Origin: Treponemataceae bacterium
Lineage (GTDB): Bacteria > Spirochaetota > Spirochaetia > Treponematales > Rectinemataceae
Assembly: GCA_963678065.2 (NCBI GenBank)
Contig: CAXXVZ010000003.1
Coordinates: 704,001 to 768,000, forward strand
Direction of reading: 5' to 3'
DNA length: 64,000 nucleotides
Of this stretch, positions 32,080-41,186 are shown in pieces (position 1 is the stretch's first letter; every line of letters starts with the position of its first letter). The notes under the pieces are model-generated. The model made no database searches and was not told where the DNA came from. It worked only from the letters and a program-made list of their open reading frames with translations. Both the position numbers and the translations under genes were made by a program.

Positions 32080-33053
32080 TACGCGATCAATGGTATGTCG
32101 TCCTTGAATCGAAGGAGCTGGGAAAGACGACTCGCGGCGCTCTCAGGATGGGCGAGCGACTTCTCTTCTACCGGACCGAGAAGGGAAAAGCCGTCTGCCT
32201 CGCGGACAAATGCGCCCACCGCGGCGTGGCCCTCTCCAAGGGCGAAATCAAGAACCACGACCGCATCATGTGCCCATTCCACGGCCTCGAGTACGACCCG
32301 AGCGGCATGTGCCGCGTCATCCCGGCCAATGGCCGGAACGCGCCCGTACCGCCGAATTTCAGGGTACAGTCCTATCCCGTCCACGAGGAACACGGTTTCA
32401 TCTGGATCTGGTGGGGAACCGAAGCGCCGTCCATCCTGGCCCCGCCCGCTTTTTTCGACGACATACCCGACGATCTGACCTACGCCTCGGCGCGCGATCC
32501 TTGGAACGCCCACTACAGCCGAGTCATCGAGAATCAGCTCGACTGCGTCCACCTGCCCTTCGTGCACTACAACACGATCGGCCGGGGCAACAGGACTCTC
32601 GTCAACGGCCCCGGGGTCGAGTGGAAGACGGACAGCAAATTCTTCATGTACGTGTACAACGAAATCGACACCGGTCAGAAGCCCAAGCGTCCCGACGAGG
32701 TGCCCATCCCCTCCCCGAACAACTACAAGATCGAGTTCCAGTTCCCCAATCTCTGGGAAAACAGGATAGCCGACAAAGTCAGGGTTCTGGCAGCCTTCGT
32801 GCCGGTAGACGAGGGACATACCCTCCTCTACCTCCGCTTCTACCAGGGCTTCGCCCGCCTGCCGCTCGTGCGCGACCTTGTCGCGAAGATGGCGATGCCT
32901 TTCAACACCTATGTCGCCCACCAGGACAGACGCGTCGTCGAGACTCAAGTGCCCAAGGCTTCAGCGCTCAGGATGAACGAGAACCTCTTCCAGGGAGACA
33001 GGCCCATCATCGAGTACCGGAGGAAGCGCCAGGAGCTGATGGACCGAGCCTGA
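32076..33053 (+). CDS. Rieske non-heme iron oxygenase alpha subunit (VanA-like)
   Basis: Rieske ligands CAH...CPFH; mononuclear iron motif ENQLDCVHLPFVH; C-terminal QD; ATGA overlap with the nitroreductase. Confidence 0.9.
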   Translation: MIRDQWYVVLESKELGKTTRGALRMGERLLFYRTEKGKAVCLADKCAHRGVALSKGEIKNHDRIMCPFHGLEYDPSGMCRVIPANGRNAPVPPNFRVQSYPVHEEHGFIWIWWGTEAPSILAPPAFFDDIPDDLTYASARDPWNAHYSRVIENQLDCVHLPFVHYNTIGRGNRTLVNGPGVEWKTDSKFFMYVYNEIDTGQKPKRPDEVPIPSPNNYKIEFQFPNLWENRIADKVRVLAAFVPVDEGHTLLYLRFYQGFARLPLVRDLVAKMAMPFNTYVAHQDRRVVETQVPKASALRMNENLFQGDRPIIEYRRKRQELMDRA

Positions 33054-33099
33054 GACGATTCCTGCCGGCGATGACGACGCCTGTCACCCTCTCAAAGAC

Positions 33100-34326
33100 C
33101 TATTCCAGCACGATGCGCATGACGCGCTTCTTTCCCGCCCGGAGCATGATGGCTCCCTCCGCCGCGAATGACAGGTCGACGATGGTCTTCTCGTCCTGGA
33201 TCTTCGTCTCGCCGACCGTCGCTCCGCCCTGCTGGACGAGCCTGCGCGCCTCTCCTTTCGAAGGGACGAGGCCGGAGAAGACGAAGAAGTCGAGGACGCC
33301 CATGCCTTTTTCCAGTTCGGCGCGCGCGATCGCTCTGGAGGGGATCTCGTTGATGTCGCCGCCCGAGCCGAAGGCTGCGTGGGCGGCCGCCATAGCCTTG
33401 TCCGCCTCCTTTCTGCCGTGGATGAGATTCGTGACCTCCCAGGCGAGACGTTCCTTGGCGGCGTTGATGGCCGCGTCTTTCGCGGCGCCGAGCGCCTTGC
33501 ACTCCTGTACCGAAAGGAATGTGAACATGAGGAGGAATTTCTCCACGTCGGAGTCGGAGATATTGCGCCAGTACTGGAAGAACTCGTAGGGGCTCGTTAT
33601 CGCGGGATCGAGGAAGAGTGCGCCCTTCTCTGTCTTGCCCATCTTCTTGCCGTCATTCGTCATGACGAGGGGGAAGGTCAGGCCAAAGGCTTCGGCCCCC
33701 TCGACTCTGCGTATCAGCTCCATGCCCGCGACGATGTTTCCCCACTGGTCGTCGCCGCCGATCTGGAGGCGGGTTCCGTGCCGTCTGTAGAGTTCGAGGA
33801 AATCGTAGCTCTGAAGGAGCTGGTAATTGAACTCGATGAAGGAGAGACCTGTCTCCATGCGCATCTTGTAGGCCTCGAAGGAGAGCATACGGTTGACCGA
33901 GAAGTGCCGGCCGATATCGCGGAGGAAATCGATGTAGTTCAGCTCTGCGAGCCAGTTCTTGTTGTTGTCCGTGTAGGCCGTCTTGCCGTCGAAGCCGATG
34001 AAGCGATCGAGCTGCTTCGAGATGGCGGCGGCGTTCGCGTCGAGATCCTCATAAGAGAGCATCTTCCGCATTTCGGACCTGCCCGAGGGATCGCCGATGC
34101 GCGCCGTCCCCGCGCCGATGAGGGCGATGCCGTGATGTCCTGCGGCTCTGAGGTGCCTGAAGGCGAAGAAGGGTACCATGTGACCGATGTGGAGGGAGGG
34201 GCCCGTCGGATCGCACCCGATATAGAAAGTCACGGGTCCCGCATCCATGAGGGCGGACAGTCCCTCGATGTCCGTGCATTGCTGGAGGAATCCCCGTTCT
34301 TTCAGTGTGGCGAGCGCAGCGTTCAT
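33100..34326 (-). CDS. tyrS: Tyrosine--tRNA ligase
   Basis: HIGH, QIGGDDQWGN, KMGKT, C-terminal S4-like domain. Confidence 0.97.
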   Translation of the reverse strand: MNAALATLKERGFLQQCTDIEGLSALMDAGPVTFYIGCDPTGPSLHIGHMVPFFAFRHLRAAGHHGIALIGAGTARIGDPSGRSEMRKMLSYEDLDANAAAISKQLDRFIGFDGKTAYTDNNKNWLAELNYIDFLRDIGRHFSVNRMLSFEAYKMRMETGLSFIEFNYQLLQSYDFLELYRRHGTRLQIGGDDQWGNIVAGMELIRRVEGAEAFGLTFPLVMTNDGKKMGKTEKGALFLDPAITSPYEFFQYWRNISDSDVEKFLLMFTFLSVQECKALGAAKDAAINAAKERLAWEVTNLIHGRKEADKAMAAAHAAFGSGGDINEIPSRAIARAELEKGMGVLDFFVFSGLVPSKGEARRLVQQGGATVGETKIQDEKTIVDLSFAAEGAIMLRAGKKRVMRIVLE

Positions 34327-34599
34327 GATACCTACTCCGTGCGAGCTGGGAGATGGCGGGAATCCGGAAGAATCCGACCCCGCAGTCCGGTCATTATATA
34401 GACAGCCGTGTCGAGGCTCAAGCAGCGTATATTTTCCGATTCATGAGGTTTGTCGGGCTTTCATCGGTTTTTCTTGTTCGTGGCCCTGTCTGTAGACCGT
34501 TTAGGCCGGCAATGCGCCGCGGGCTGCGGCGATTTTCGCTTGCAGTCCCGAAGGATAGGGGGTAGACTATCGGCACTGGTCCGAAAAAGGAGACAATCG

Positions 34600-34905
34600 A
34601 TGCCCACAGCAACACCGAAAGCCATGACAAAAGCCCAGATCATCGCCTATCTCGCGGAAAAAACCGAACTCTCCAAGAAACAGGTCGCAGCCTTCCTTGA
34701 CTCCTACAACGAACTCGCCTACAGGGAAGCGAAGAAGAACAAGAAGTTCACCCTCCCTGGCATCGGCATCCTCAAGCTCAGCAAGCGCAAGGCCAGAGCC
34801 GGCCGCAACCCCGCCACCGGGGAAGCCATCAAGATCCCGGCTCGCACTGCCGTGAAGATCACGGTGGCCAAGGTAGCCAAGGACGCCATCCTCGGCGCAA
34901 AGTAA
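34600..34905 (+). CDS. HU family DNA-binding protein
   Basis: MTKAQII, RKARAGRNPATGEAIKIPA; AAGGAG RBS. Confidence 0.93.
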   Translation: MPTATPKAMTKAQIIAYLAEKTELSKKQVAAFLDSYNELAYREAKKNKKFTLPGIGILKLSKRKARAGRNPATGEAIKIPARTAVKITVAKVAKDAILGAK

Positions 34906-34935
34906 GGGCCGGTCCTGAGGATACAGAGTGTTCCG

Positions 34936-34975
34936 CAGTCGCGATGACGGGCCATTCGTCCCGTCATCGCGACTG
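34936..34975. terminator. Perfect 16-bp inverted repeat downstream of the HU gene
   Basis: CAGTCGCGATGACGGG-N8-CCCGTCATCGCGACTG; no U-tract. Confidence 0.5.
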
Positions 34976-35007
34976 ACTATAATACTGGCGACGGAACACA
35001 CACATTC

Positions 35008-35967
35008 ATGCCTGCCTCTCCGTATTTTCTGACCCACCGCAACCCTTCTGTGCGGCTTCGCGCTCTTCGTGAATTGGTCGGTGCGCCTGCAGACTCCTTT
35101 GCCCTGCGCGAGGCCATGGCTGAGATTCCCTCGCAGCCCGAAGTGCGTGCTGTCATGGACGACATGTATCCCGACGGATATTGGTTGCAGAGGAATCCGC
35201 GCACGGGAAAAGAAACCGGCGCCGGAGTGGAATACGGAGCCTACGCGAGCACGCATTACCGACTCTCGTATCTGGCCGAACTCGGCATGGACCGCTCGGA
35301 CCCGCGTGTGGATCAGGCTGCCGGAAGGTATCTGGATCTTCAGGCGGAGGATGGGGATTTCTGGATGCACATGTCCTGCCTCCTCGGCCTGAATCTCCGA
35401 ACTTTCGCCATGCTCGGCTACGGCGACGATCCGCGCGTGACCGCATCGCTCTCCCTTCTGCTTTCGACCGAGAGACCGGATGGCGGCTACCTCTGCGACA
35501 TACACGAAAAGCCGGCCCGCGGGAAATCCGGAAGAGCCCTGAAACGCCCCAAAAGTTGCTTCCGCGGTTCCGTGAAAGCCCTCCTCGGCTTCTCCTATTA
35601 TCCGAAATTTCAAGACCATCCACGAGTGCAGGCCCTCACGGAGTATTTCCTTGAGCGGGGAGGCATTTTCCGGCGCGACGATCCATCGAGCCTCGTCACA
35701 AAGGATGTAGGCTCTCCTTCCTTTCCTGTCACGTGGAGCGCCGATCTCGTGCAGGTTCTGTACGCTCTCTCTCGACTCAGGCTGGGTGCGGATCCGCGAC
35801 TCGACCGAGCATGGAATCTTCTCGATTCCATGCGGGACAGCGAGGGTTTCCTGCCCTTATCCTGGACTCCCCGGCAATCGCCGTGGAAGGTCGGCAAGCC
35901 AGGCGAGCCCTCCGACTGGCTCACTCTGTATGCGGACATTGCGCGTGCTGACCGCGGCGCTTTATAA
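35008..35967 (+). CDS. Hypothetical protein, prenyltransferase/squalene-cyclase-repeat-like alpha-barrel
   Basis: Recurring Q/R-x-x-DG-aromatic units (MYPDGYW, QAEDGDF, ERPDGGY, RDSEGFL) and a GEPSDWLT C-terminus. Confidence 0.55.
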   Translation: MPASPYFLTHRNPSVRLRALRELVGAPADSFALREAMAEIPSQPEVRAVMDDMYPDGYWLQRNPRTGKETGAGVEYGAYASTHYRLSYLAELGMDRSDPRVDQAAGRYLDLQAEDGDFWMHMSCLLGLNLRTFAMLGYGDDPRVTASLSLLLSTERPDGGYLCDIHEKPARGKSGRALKRPKSCFRGSVKALLGFSYYPKFQDHPRVQALTEYFLERGGIFRRDDPSSLVTKDVGSPSFPVTWSADLVQVLYALSRLRLGADPRLDRAWNLLDSMRDSEGFLPLSWTPRQSPWKVGKPGEPSDWLTLYADIARADRGAL

Positions 35968-35980
35968 ACAAAAAAATCGC

Positions 35981-36036
35981 TTGCTTTTTCCCGGATCCTG
36001 CTCGATACTGATGCTGTTGGCTGGTGGTTTTACCAC
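35981..36036 (+). promoter_or_regulatory. Promoter and FadR-type operator of the glycyl radical enzyme operon
   Basis: TTGCTT-N17-GATACT (35981-36009) followed by palindrome GTGGT-TTT-ACCAC (36024-36036). Confidence 0.65.
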
Positions 36037-36055
36037 GATATTTTTTTGGAGATAG

Positions 36056-36781
36056 ATGAACAACTACATAGAACCTGTCAGGGTCCAGAGCCTGAAGGAA
36101 GCCTGCGTCGCACGTCTGGAGGAGCTGATTCTCTCAGGTGGGCTCAAAATCGGCGAACGTCTGCCCCCCGAACGCGATTTCGCCGCCCGTATCGGTGTCA
36201 GCCGCCCCGTCCTTCACGAGGCGCTGGTGGACTTGGATGCCAAGGGATTGGTGCGGATTGTTCCCCGGCGAGGGGTATTCGTCAGCGATTACCGCCGCTC
36301 CGGCTCGATGACGATGCTATCCTCCCTGCTGGCCTACCACGACGGACAGCTCGACCCTGCCTTCACCCAGAGCCTGATCGACATGCGCCTGGTTGTCGAG
36401 ACGGAGACCGCCCGTCTCGCGGCGCAAAACCGGACCGGGGAGCAGCTGACCGAGTTCCGCACCCTGCTGGACGACGAACAGCGCGCCTCGTATTGTGACC
36501 CGCAGCTTCTGACCGATCTCGACTTTTCTTTCCACCTCTCGATCGCCATCGCCTCCGGCAATCTCGTCTATCCGCTCATGATCAATTCCTTCAGGGCTGT
36601 CTACACCAGCCTCACCGGTGAGTTCTTCCGCACGTATTGCGGGACGCCGGTGGTGGATACTGTCCGGCAGTTCCACGTCCAGATAGTCGACGCTCTCGAG
36701 CGGAAAGACTCCGAGGGCGCTGTCCGCACAATGAGCGCAATCCTCAAGCATGGAGAAGCGTATCTGCGAAGCGACAAATAG
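36056..36781 (+). CDS. GntR family, FadR subfamily transcriptional regulator
   Basis: GERLPPERDFA..IGVSRPVLHEAL wHTH; FCD domain DFSFHLSIAIASGN. Confidence 0.92.
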   Translation: MNNYIEPVRVQSLKEACVARLEELILSGGLKIGERLPPERDFAARIGVSRPVLHEALVDLDAKGLVRIVPRRGVFVSDYRRSGSMTMLSSLLAYHDGQLDPAFTQSLIDMRLVVETETARLAAQNRTGEQLTEFRTLLDDEQRASYCDPQLLTDLDFSFHLSIAIASGNLVYPLMINSFRAVYTSLTGEFFRTYCGTPVVDTVRQFHVQIVDALERKDSEGAVRTMSAILKHGEAYLRSDK

Positions 36782-36794
36782 GAGGCGAACAGCC

Positions 36795-39311
36795 ATGGCC
36801 ACCTGTACGAGTGAGAAACCCCGTTATTCCATCAAAGAGCCCGCCACTGTTTCCCCGCGCATCCAATGGTTGCGCGATTACTATTTCCAGGGTGTGAGAC
36901 GCGCCTGGAACAATGAGTACAGCGCCTGGACCACGGGCAGCCCCTGGGACTTCCAGTACAACGAACTATCGTTTTACATAGTCCCGGAAACCTACTCCTT
37001 CCTGCAGACCTTCCGCTCTTCGTTCAGCCAGATGGCCCGCCGGGTCGAGGTGCATCCGGAATTCTGGAAGTGGAGTCTCCCCGAACGGCGAGCCTGGTTC
37101 AACCGCGAAGTCATGGTGCGCCATCTGCCCAAGGAGATTCTTCCAGGCGACCTGTTGGCCGGAGCGCGTTTCAATGTCATGACCTCGGCCTGCCTCACGG
37201 AGAAGGAAACCCGGGAGCGCGATGGCAGGATCGAAGGTCCGCGAGGCGCGCGGGCGGCGATGCTCTGGTTCCACAACCACGGTTTCGGCAACGCCGGGGC
37301 CACTTCCGGCCACCTGATCCCCGATTACGGGCGCGTTGTCCGGGAAGGCTGGAAATCCATCCACGCCGAGATCGAAGCCGAGTACGCGGCGCTTCCGGAG
37401 CCAGATAAGCGTGGGAAAAGAGGCGGACAGCTGCGGGCGATGCTGACATCCTCCACCATGGCGAGGGATCTGGCCGCGGAGTATTCCAGGGAATGCCTCC
37501 GTCTCGCGCAGGGGCATCCCGATCCAGTCCGCAAAACCGAACTTCTCCAGATGGCCGACAATCTGGGCCGCGTGCCGTGGGAGCCGGCGCAGACGTTCTG
37601 GGAAGGTATCCAGTCGCTGTGGTTGACACACATGCTGGTCATGTCCGACGAGAATTACCCCGGCCCGGGCGACTCCTTCGGACGACTCGACCAATACCTG
37701 CACCCTGTCTGGGAAAAGTCCCTCCGCGAGGGCATGGACCCGGAGTTCGGCAAGGAAATCCTGAAATGCTTCTGGATCCACTGCAACACCGCATACGACG
37801 GCATGATCCGCACCGGCGGCAACCAGGGCATCACCGCCGGGTACGGGCAGCTGTTTACGATCTCCGGCATGGGCCCTGGCGGGAGCGACATGACCAACGA
37901 CTTCACGTATGTCCTCCTGGACGTGATCGACGGAATGTCGCCCATCCTCGAGCCGAAGCCCAACGTGCGGCTGCACCGCGCCTCGCCCGAGAAGCTGCTC
38001 GACCGGGTAGTGGAGATGATTGCCGCCAGCCAGGGCGCGCCTTTCCTGCTCAATTTCGACGAGCGCTCGATGGCCGGCCTGATGCTCGAGGCCAGACGTT
38101 CCGACGCAACCCATCTCATCGACGAAAACAACGTATTCGATTACGCTCCTGTGGGCTGCCTCGAGAACACGATGGTCGGCAACGACAGATCGGGCACCGT
38201 GGACGCCAATCTGAATCTCCTCAAGGCGGTCGAACTGACTCTGACTGGCGGCTACGATCTGGGTCCCTTCACCGATCCCTTGAGCGGAGCAACTGAAAAA
38301 CCACAACGTTGGGGCGCGGACACTGGCGACCCTTCCCGCTTCGAAACCTGGGAGCAGTTCTGGGACGCCTACGCCGCACAGACTTGCGCCATCATCCGCC
38401 GCATTGTGGACCTGTACGAACAGTCCGAGTCCATCCGGGCGCGCTTCTTTCCGACACCCTACGTCTCCTGCCTGGTGAGAGGTTGCGCCCAAAAGGGGCT
38501 GGATATCAACGAAGGCGGCGCCGAGCTCGGCTATGTCACGATCGAAGCCGTGACCTACGCCACCACGGTGGATTCCCTCCTCGCGGTCAAGTACCTGGTC
38601 TACGACGAAAAGTTCTGCACCATGCCGGAGATGCTGAAGGCGCTCGCGGACAACTGGGTCGGGCACGAAGTCCTGCAGGCCCGGGCCCTGCACAGAACGC
38701 CGAAATACGGGCGCGACGACGACCGGGCCGACGAGATGGGCCGCGCCGTGATGGGGCTTTGGACAGATGAAACCTGGAAGTACAGGACCAAGTCCACGGG
38801 CCGGCAGTTCCGCCCCGGCATGTTGTCCTGGAACTACTGGGTGGCCGATTCGTTCATTCTGCCCGCGAGCCCGGATGGACGTCCGCGGGGCAAGTTCCTG
38901 TCCAATGCCCTGTGCCCCTCGAACGGCGCGGACATCGCCGGTCCTACGGCGAATGTCAACTCGGTCGGCAAGGTGCTGGGCGGCAGGGTCGCCGACGGTT
39001 CAGGCGATTGGGGGGACTACGTGAACCTCCTGCCCAACGGAGGCAGCCACACGATGACCTTCAATCCATCCATCCTGCGCGATCCGGAGCACCGCGGGAA
39101 GTTCAAGGCTTTCCTGAAGGGGTACATCGAGAATGGAGGCTCGGCGCTTCAGATCAATATGATCGACGCCGACATGCTGCGGGATGCCCAGAAGCACCCG
39201 GAGGACTACCGGCATCTCCTGGTTCGCGTCACCGGCTACAACGCCTACTTCACGTCCATCGGACGCGAACTTCAGAATGAGATCATCGCCCGCGAGAGTC
39301 ACCGGATATGA
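36795..39311 (+). CDS. Glycyl radical enzyme of unknown function (PFL superfamily)
   Basis: C-terminal glycyl loop LLVRVTGYNAYF; single Cys loop VGCLEN; GRLDQY; PKYGRDD; GGAGG RBS. Confidence 0.93.
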   Translation: MATCTSEKPRYSIKEPATVSPRIQWLRDYYFQGVRRAWNNEYSAWTTGSPWDFQYNELSFYIVPETYSFLQTFRSSFSQMARRVEVHPEFWKWSLPERRAWFNREVMVRHLPKEILPGDLLAGARFNVMTSACLTEKETRERDGRIEGPRGARAAMLWFHNHGFGNAGATSGHLIPDYGRVVREGWKSIHAEIEAEYAALPEPDKRGKRGGQLRAMLTSSTMARDLAAEYSRECLRLAQGHPDPVRKTELLQMADNLGRVPWEPAQTFWEGIQSLWLTHMLVMSDENYPGPGDSFGRLDQYLHPVWEKSLREGMDPEFGKEILKCFWIHCNTAYDGMIRTGGNQGITAGYGQLFTISGMGPGGSDMTNDFTYVLLDVIDGMSPILEPKPNVRLHRASPEKLLDRVVEMIAASQGAPFLLNFDERSMAGLMLEARRSDATHLIDENNVFDYAPVGCLENTMVGNDRSGTVDANLNLLKAVELTLTGGYDLGPFTDPLSGATEKPQRWGADTGDPSRFETWEQFWDAYAAQTCAIIRRIVDLYEQSESIRARFFPTPYVSCLVRGCAQKGLDINEGGAELGYVTIEAVTYATTVDSLLAVKYLVYDEKFCTMPEMLKALADNWVGHEVLQARALHRTPKYGRDDDRADEMGRAVMGLWTDETWKYRTKSTGRQFRPGMLSWNYWVADSFILPASPDGRPRGKFLSNALCPSNGADIAGPTANVNSVGKVLGGRVADGSGDWGDYVNLLPNGGSHTMTFNPSILRDPEHRGKFKAFLKGYIENGGSALQINMIDADMLRDAQKHPEDYRHLLVRVTGYNAYFTSIGRELQNEIIARESHRI

Positions 39312-40273
39312 AAATCGCGGGCCGCATCCTCCACCTCCAGCGTCTTTCCACCGAGGATGGCCCCGGCATACGCACCACGGTCTTCTTCAAGGGCTGCCCC
39401 CTGCGCTGCGCCTGGTGCCACAACCCGGAAAGCATCTCGCAGCGGCCTCAGGTCCAGTGGCTCGCCCTCCGCTGCATTGGCTGCGGGACCTGCCTGGAGG
39501 TCTGCCCGAACGGCTGCCTGACGATACGCGAGGATAGCCTCGTCATGGACCGCGCCCGCTGCGCCGCTTGCGGGACCTGCGTCGCCGCCTGTCCCTCCGG
39601 GGCCCTCGAGTCGCTGGGCAAGGTGGCAGACGTGGAGGAAGTGTTGGCCGAACTGGTCAAAGACCACGCCTACTACGAGAAATCCGGAGGGGGCGTGACT
39701 CTTTCAGGGGGCGAGCCGACATTCCAGCCGGATTTCGCCGAGGCGCTTCTTCGCGACCTGAAGGAGCAGGGCATTCCAACGGCCCTCGACACCTGCGGCA
39801 TGTGTTCGATCCACACTCTCGACAGGCTTCTGCCCTACACTGACCTTGTTCTGTTCGACGTCAAGCTGCTCGATCCGGCTCTCCATCAGAAAGCCACGGG
39901 TGCCTCCAACGAACAGATTCTGGAGAACCTGGCCTACCTCAGGGATTACATCCGGGGCCGGAAGCGTTCCATCGGCCTGTGGATACGCACTCCCCTCATC
40001 CCCGAAACGACCGATACCGAGGAAAACCTGTCTCTCATCGGCCGCTACCTGTTCGAGACTCTGGATGGCGATTTCGACCGCTGGGAACTCTGCGCTTTCA
40101 ACAACCTCTGCCGCGACAAGTACACTCGTCTCGGTCTCGAGTGGATGTATGCCAGGACCCCGCTCATGACGCGCGAGGCGCTGGCCCGCTGCGAACAGAT
40201 CGCTAAATCTTCCGGCCTCCGGCCGGAGCTCGTTCTGGCTACCGGCGCAACCCGGGTGGAGCAAACGCACTGA
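39308..40273 (+). CDS. Glycyl-radical enzyme activating enzyme (radical SAM with 2x[4Fe-4S] ferredoxin insert)
   Basis: DGPGIRTTVFFKGCPLRCAWCHNPES; CIGCGTC...CP and CAACGTC...CP; GGVTLSGGEP; ATGA overlap with the GRE. Confidence 0.95.
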   Translation: MKIAGRILHLQRLSTEDGPGIRTTVFFKGCPLRCAWCHNPESISQRPQVQWLALRCIGCGTCLEVCPNGCLTIREDSLVMDRARCAACGTCVAACPSGALESLGKVADVEEVLAELVKDHAYYEKSGGGVTLSGGEPTFQPDFAEALLRDLKEQGIPTALDTCGMCSIHTLDRLLPYTDLVLFDVKLLDPALHQKATGASNEQILENLAYLRDYIRGRKRSIGLWIRTPLIPETTDTEENLSLIGRYLFETLDGDFDRWELCAFNNLCRDKYTRLGLEWMYARTPLMTREALARCEQIAKSSGLRPELVLATGATRVEQTH

Positions 40274-40289
40274 ACAGGAGTCGACCACG

Positions 40290-41153
40290 ATGAACAGACA
40301 GCTTCTGGCTACTTTTTCGGAAGAAGATATCCGGAGCACCCGACCAGAGATGAAAATCGGCATCCTGGCGACGGTCACGCCGGAAGGATTGCCGCACGTG
40401 ACGCTGCTCTCCTCGCTGATGGCCTATGCTCCGGCACAGTTGTGCTTTGGCCAGTTCGTCGAGGGAATGTCGAAGAAACACATTCTCCTCAACCCTAAAG
40501 CCGGCTTCCTCATCATGGATTTGAACAAAAACCTCTGGCGCGGCAAAGCCTCCTACACTCACTCTGCAAAAGAAGGCCCGGAATACGATCACTACAACAA
40601 CCTGCCCATGTTCCGCTACAACGCCTACTTCGGAGTCCACACTGTCCACTACATGGACCTTGTGGGGCACAGGGGCAAGTCTCCGCTGCCGATGAACCGG
40701 ATCATCTTCGCGGCTATCCAGACCTGGATTGCGCGCACGCTGGGACGCAAGGCAGGCAGACAACCCGCGCTCAATGCCTGGACGCGCGCCTTCGTGGACA
40801 GGATCGACAACCTGAAATTCCTGTCCTACGTGGATTCGGATGGCTACCCGGCGATCATCCCCGCCATCCAGACCCAGAGCCAGGACGCGCAGCATGTTCT
40901 GTTCTCCACCTCCGTCTACAAGGATGAATTGGAGGCCATTCCGCCAGGCATCCCGCTGGCGGTTTTCAGCATGGCGCTGACGATGGAAGACGTGCTTTTG
41001 CGCGGCACCTACCAGGGCATCCGCCGCGTGGGCGGGGTCAATGCCGGGGTAGTTGAAGTCGAGTGGGTCTACAACTCCATGCCGCCGGTTCCGGGACAGG
41101 TCTACCCGCCTGTGGAGTTGAGACCAGTGACATTTTCAGGCCTGAATGCGTAA
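40290..41153 (+). CDS. Pyridoxamine 5'-phosphate oxidase-like (flavin-binding split barrel) protein, apparently two tandem domains
   Basis: GILATVTPEGLPHVT and a second similar unit KFLSYVDSDGYPAII; AGGAG RBS. Confidence 0.65.
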   Translation: MNRQLLATFSEEDIRSTRPEMKIGILATVTPEGLPHVTLLSSLMAYAPAQLCFGQFVEGMSKKHILLNPKAGFLIMDLNKNLWRGKASYTHSAKEGPEYDHYNNLPMFRYNAYFGVHTVHYMDLVGHRGKSPLPMNRIIFAAIQTWIARTLGRKAGRQPALNAWTRAFVDRIDNLKFLSYVDSDGYPAIIPAIQTQSQDAQHVLFSTSVYKDELEAIPPGIPLAVFSMALTMEDVLLRGTYQGIRRVGGVNAGVVEVEWVYNSMPPVPGQVYPPVELRPVTFSGLNA

Positions 41154-41186
41154 CCCATCAAGGCGCACATGACAGAGCCGCCCGCT

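Noticed and set aside
36795..39311. Calling the GRE pyruvate formate-lyase, CutC or 4-hydroxyphenylacetate decarboxylase
   Set aside because: No Cys-Cys pair, no CutC-type motifs or microcompartment genes; GCLE alone is not diagnostic and no small Fe-S subunit gene is present.
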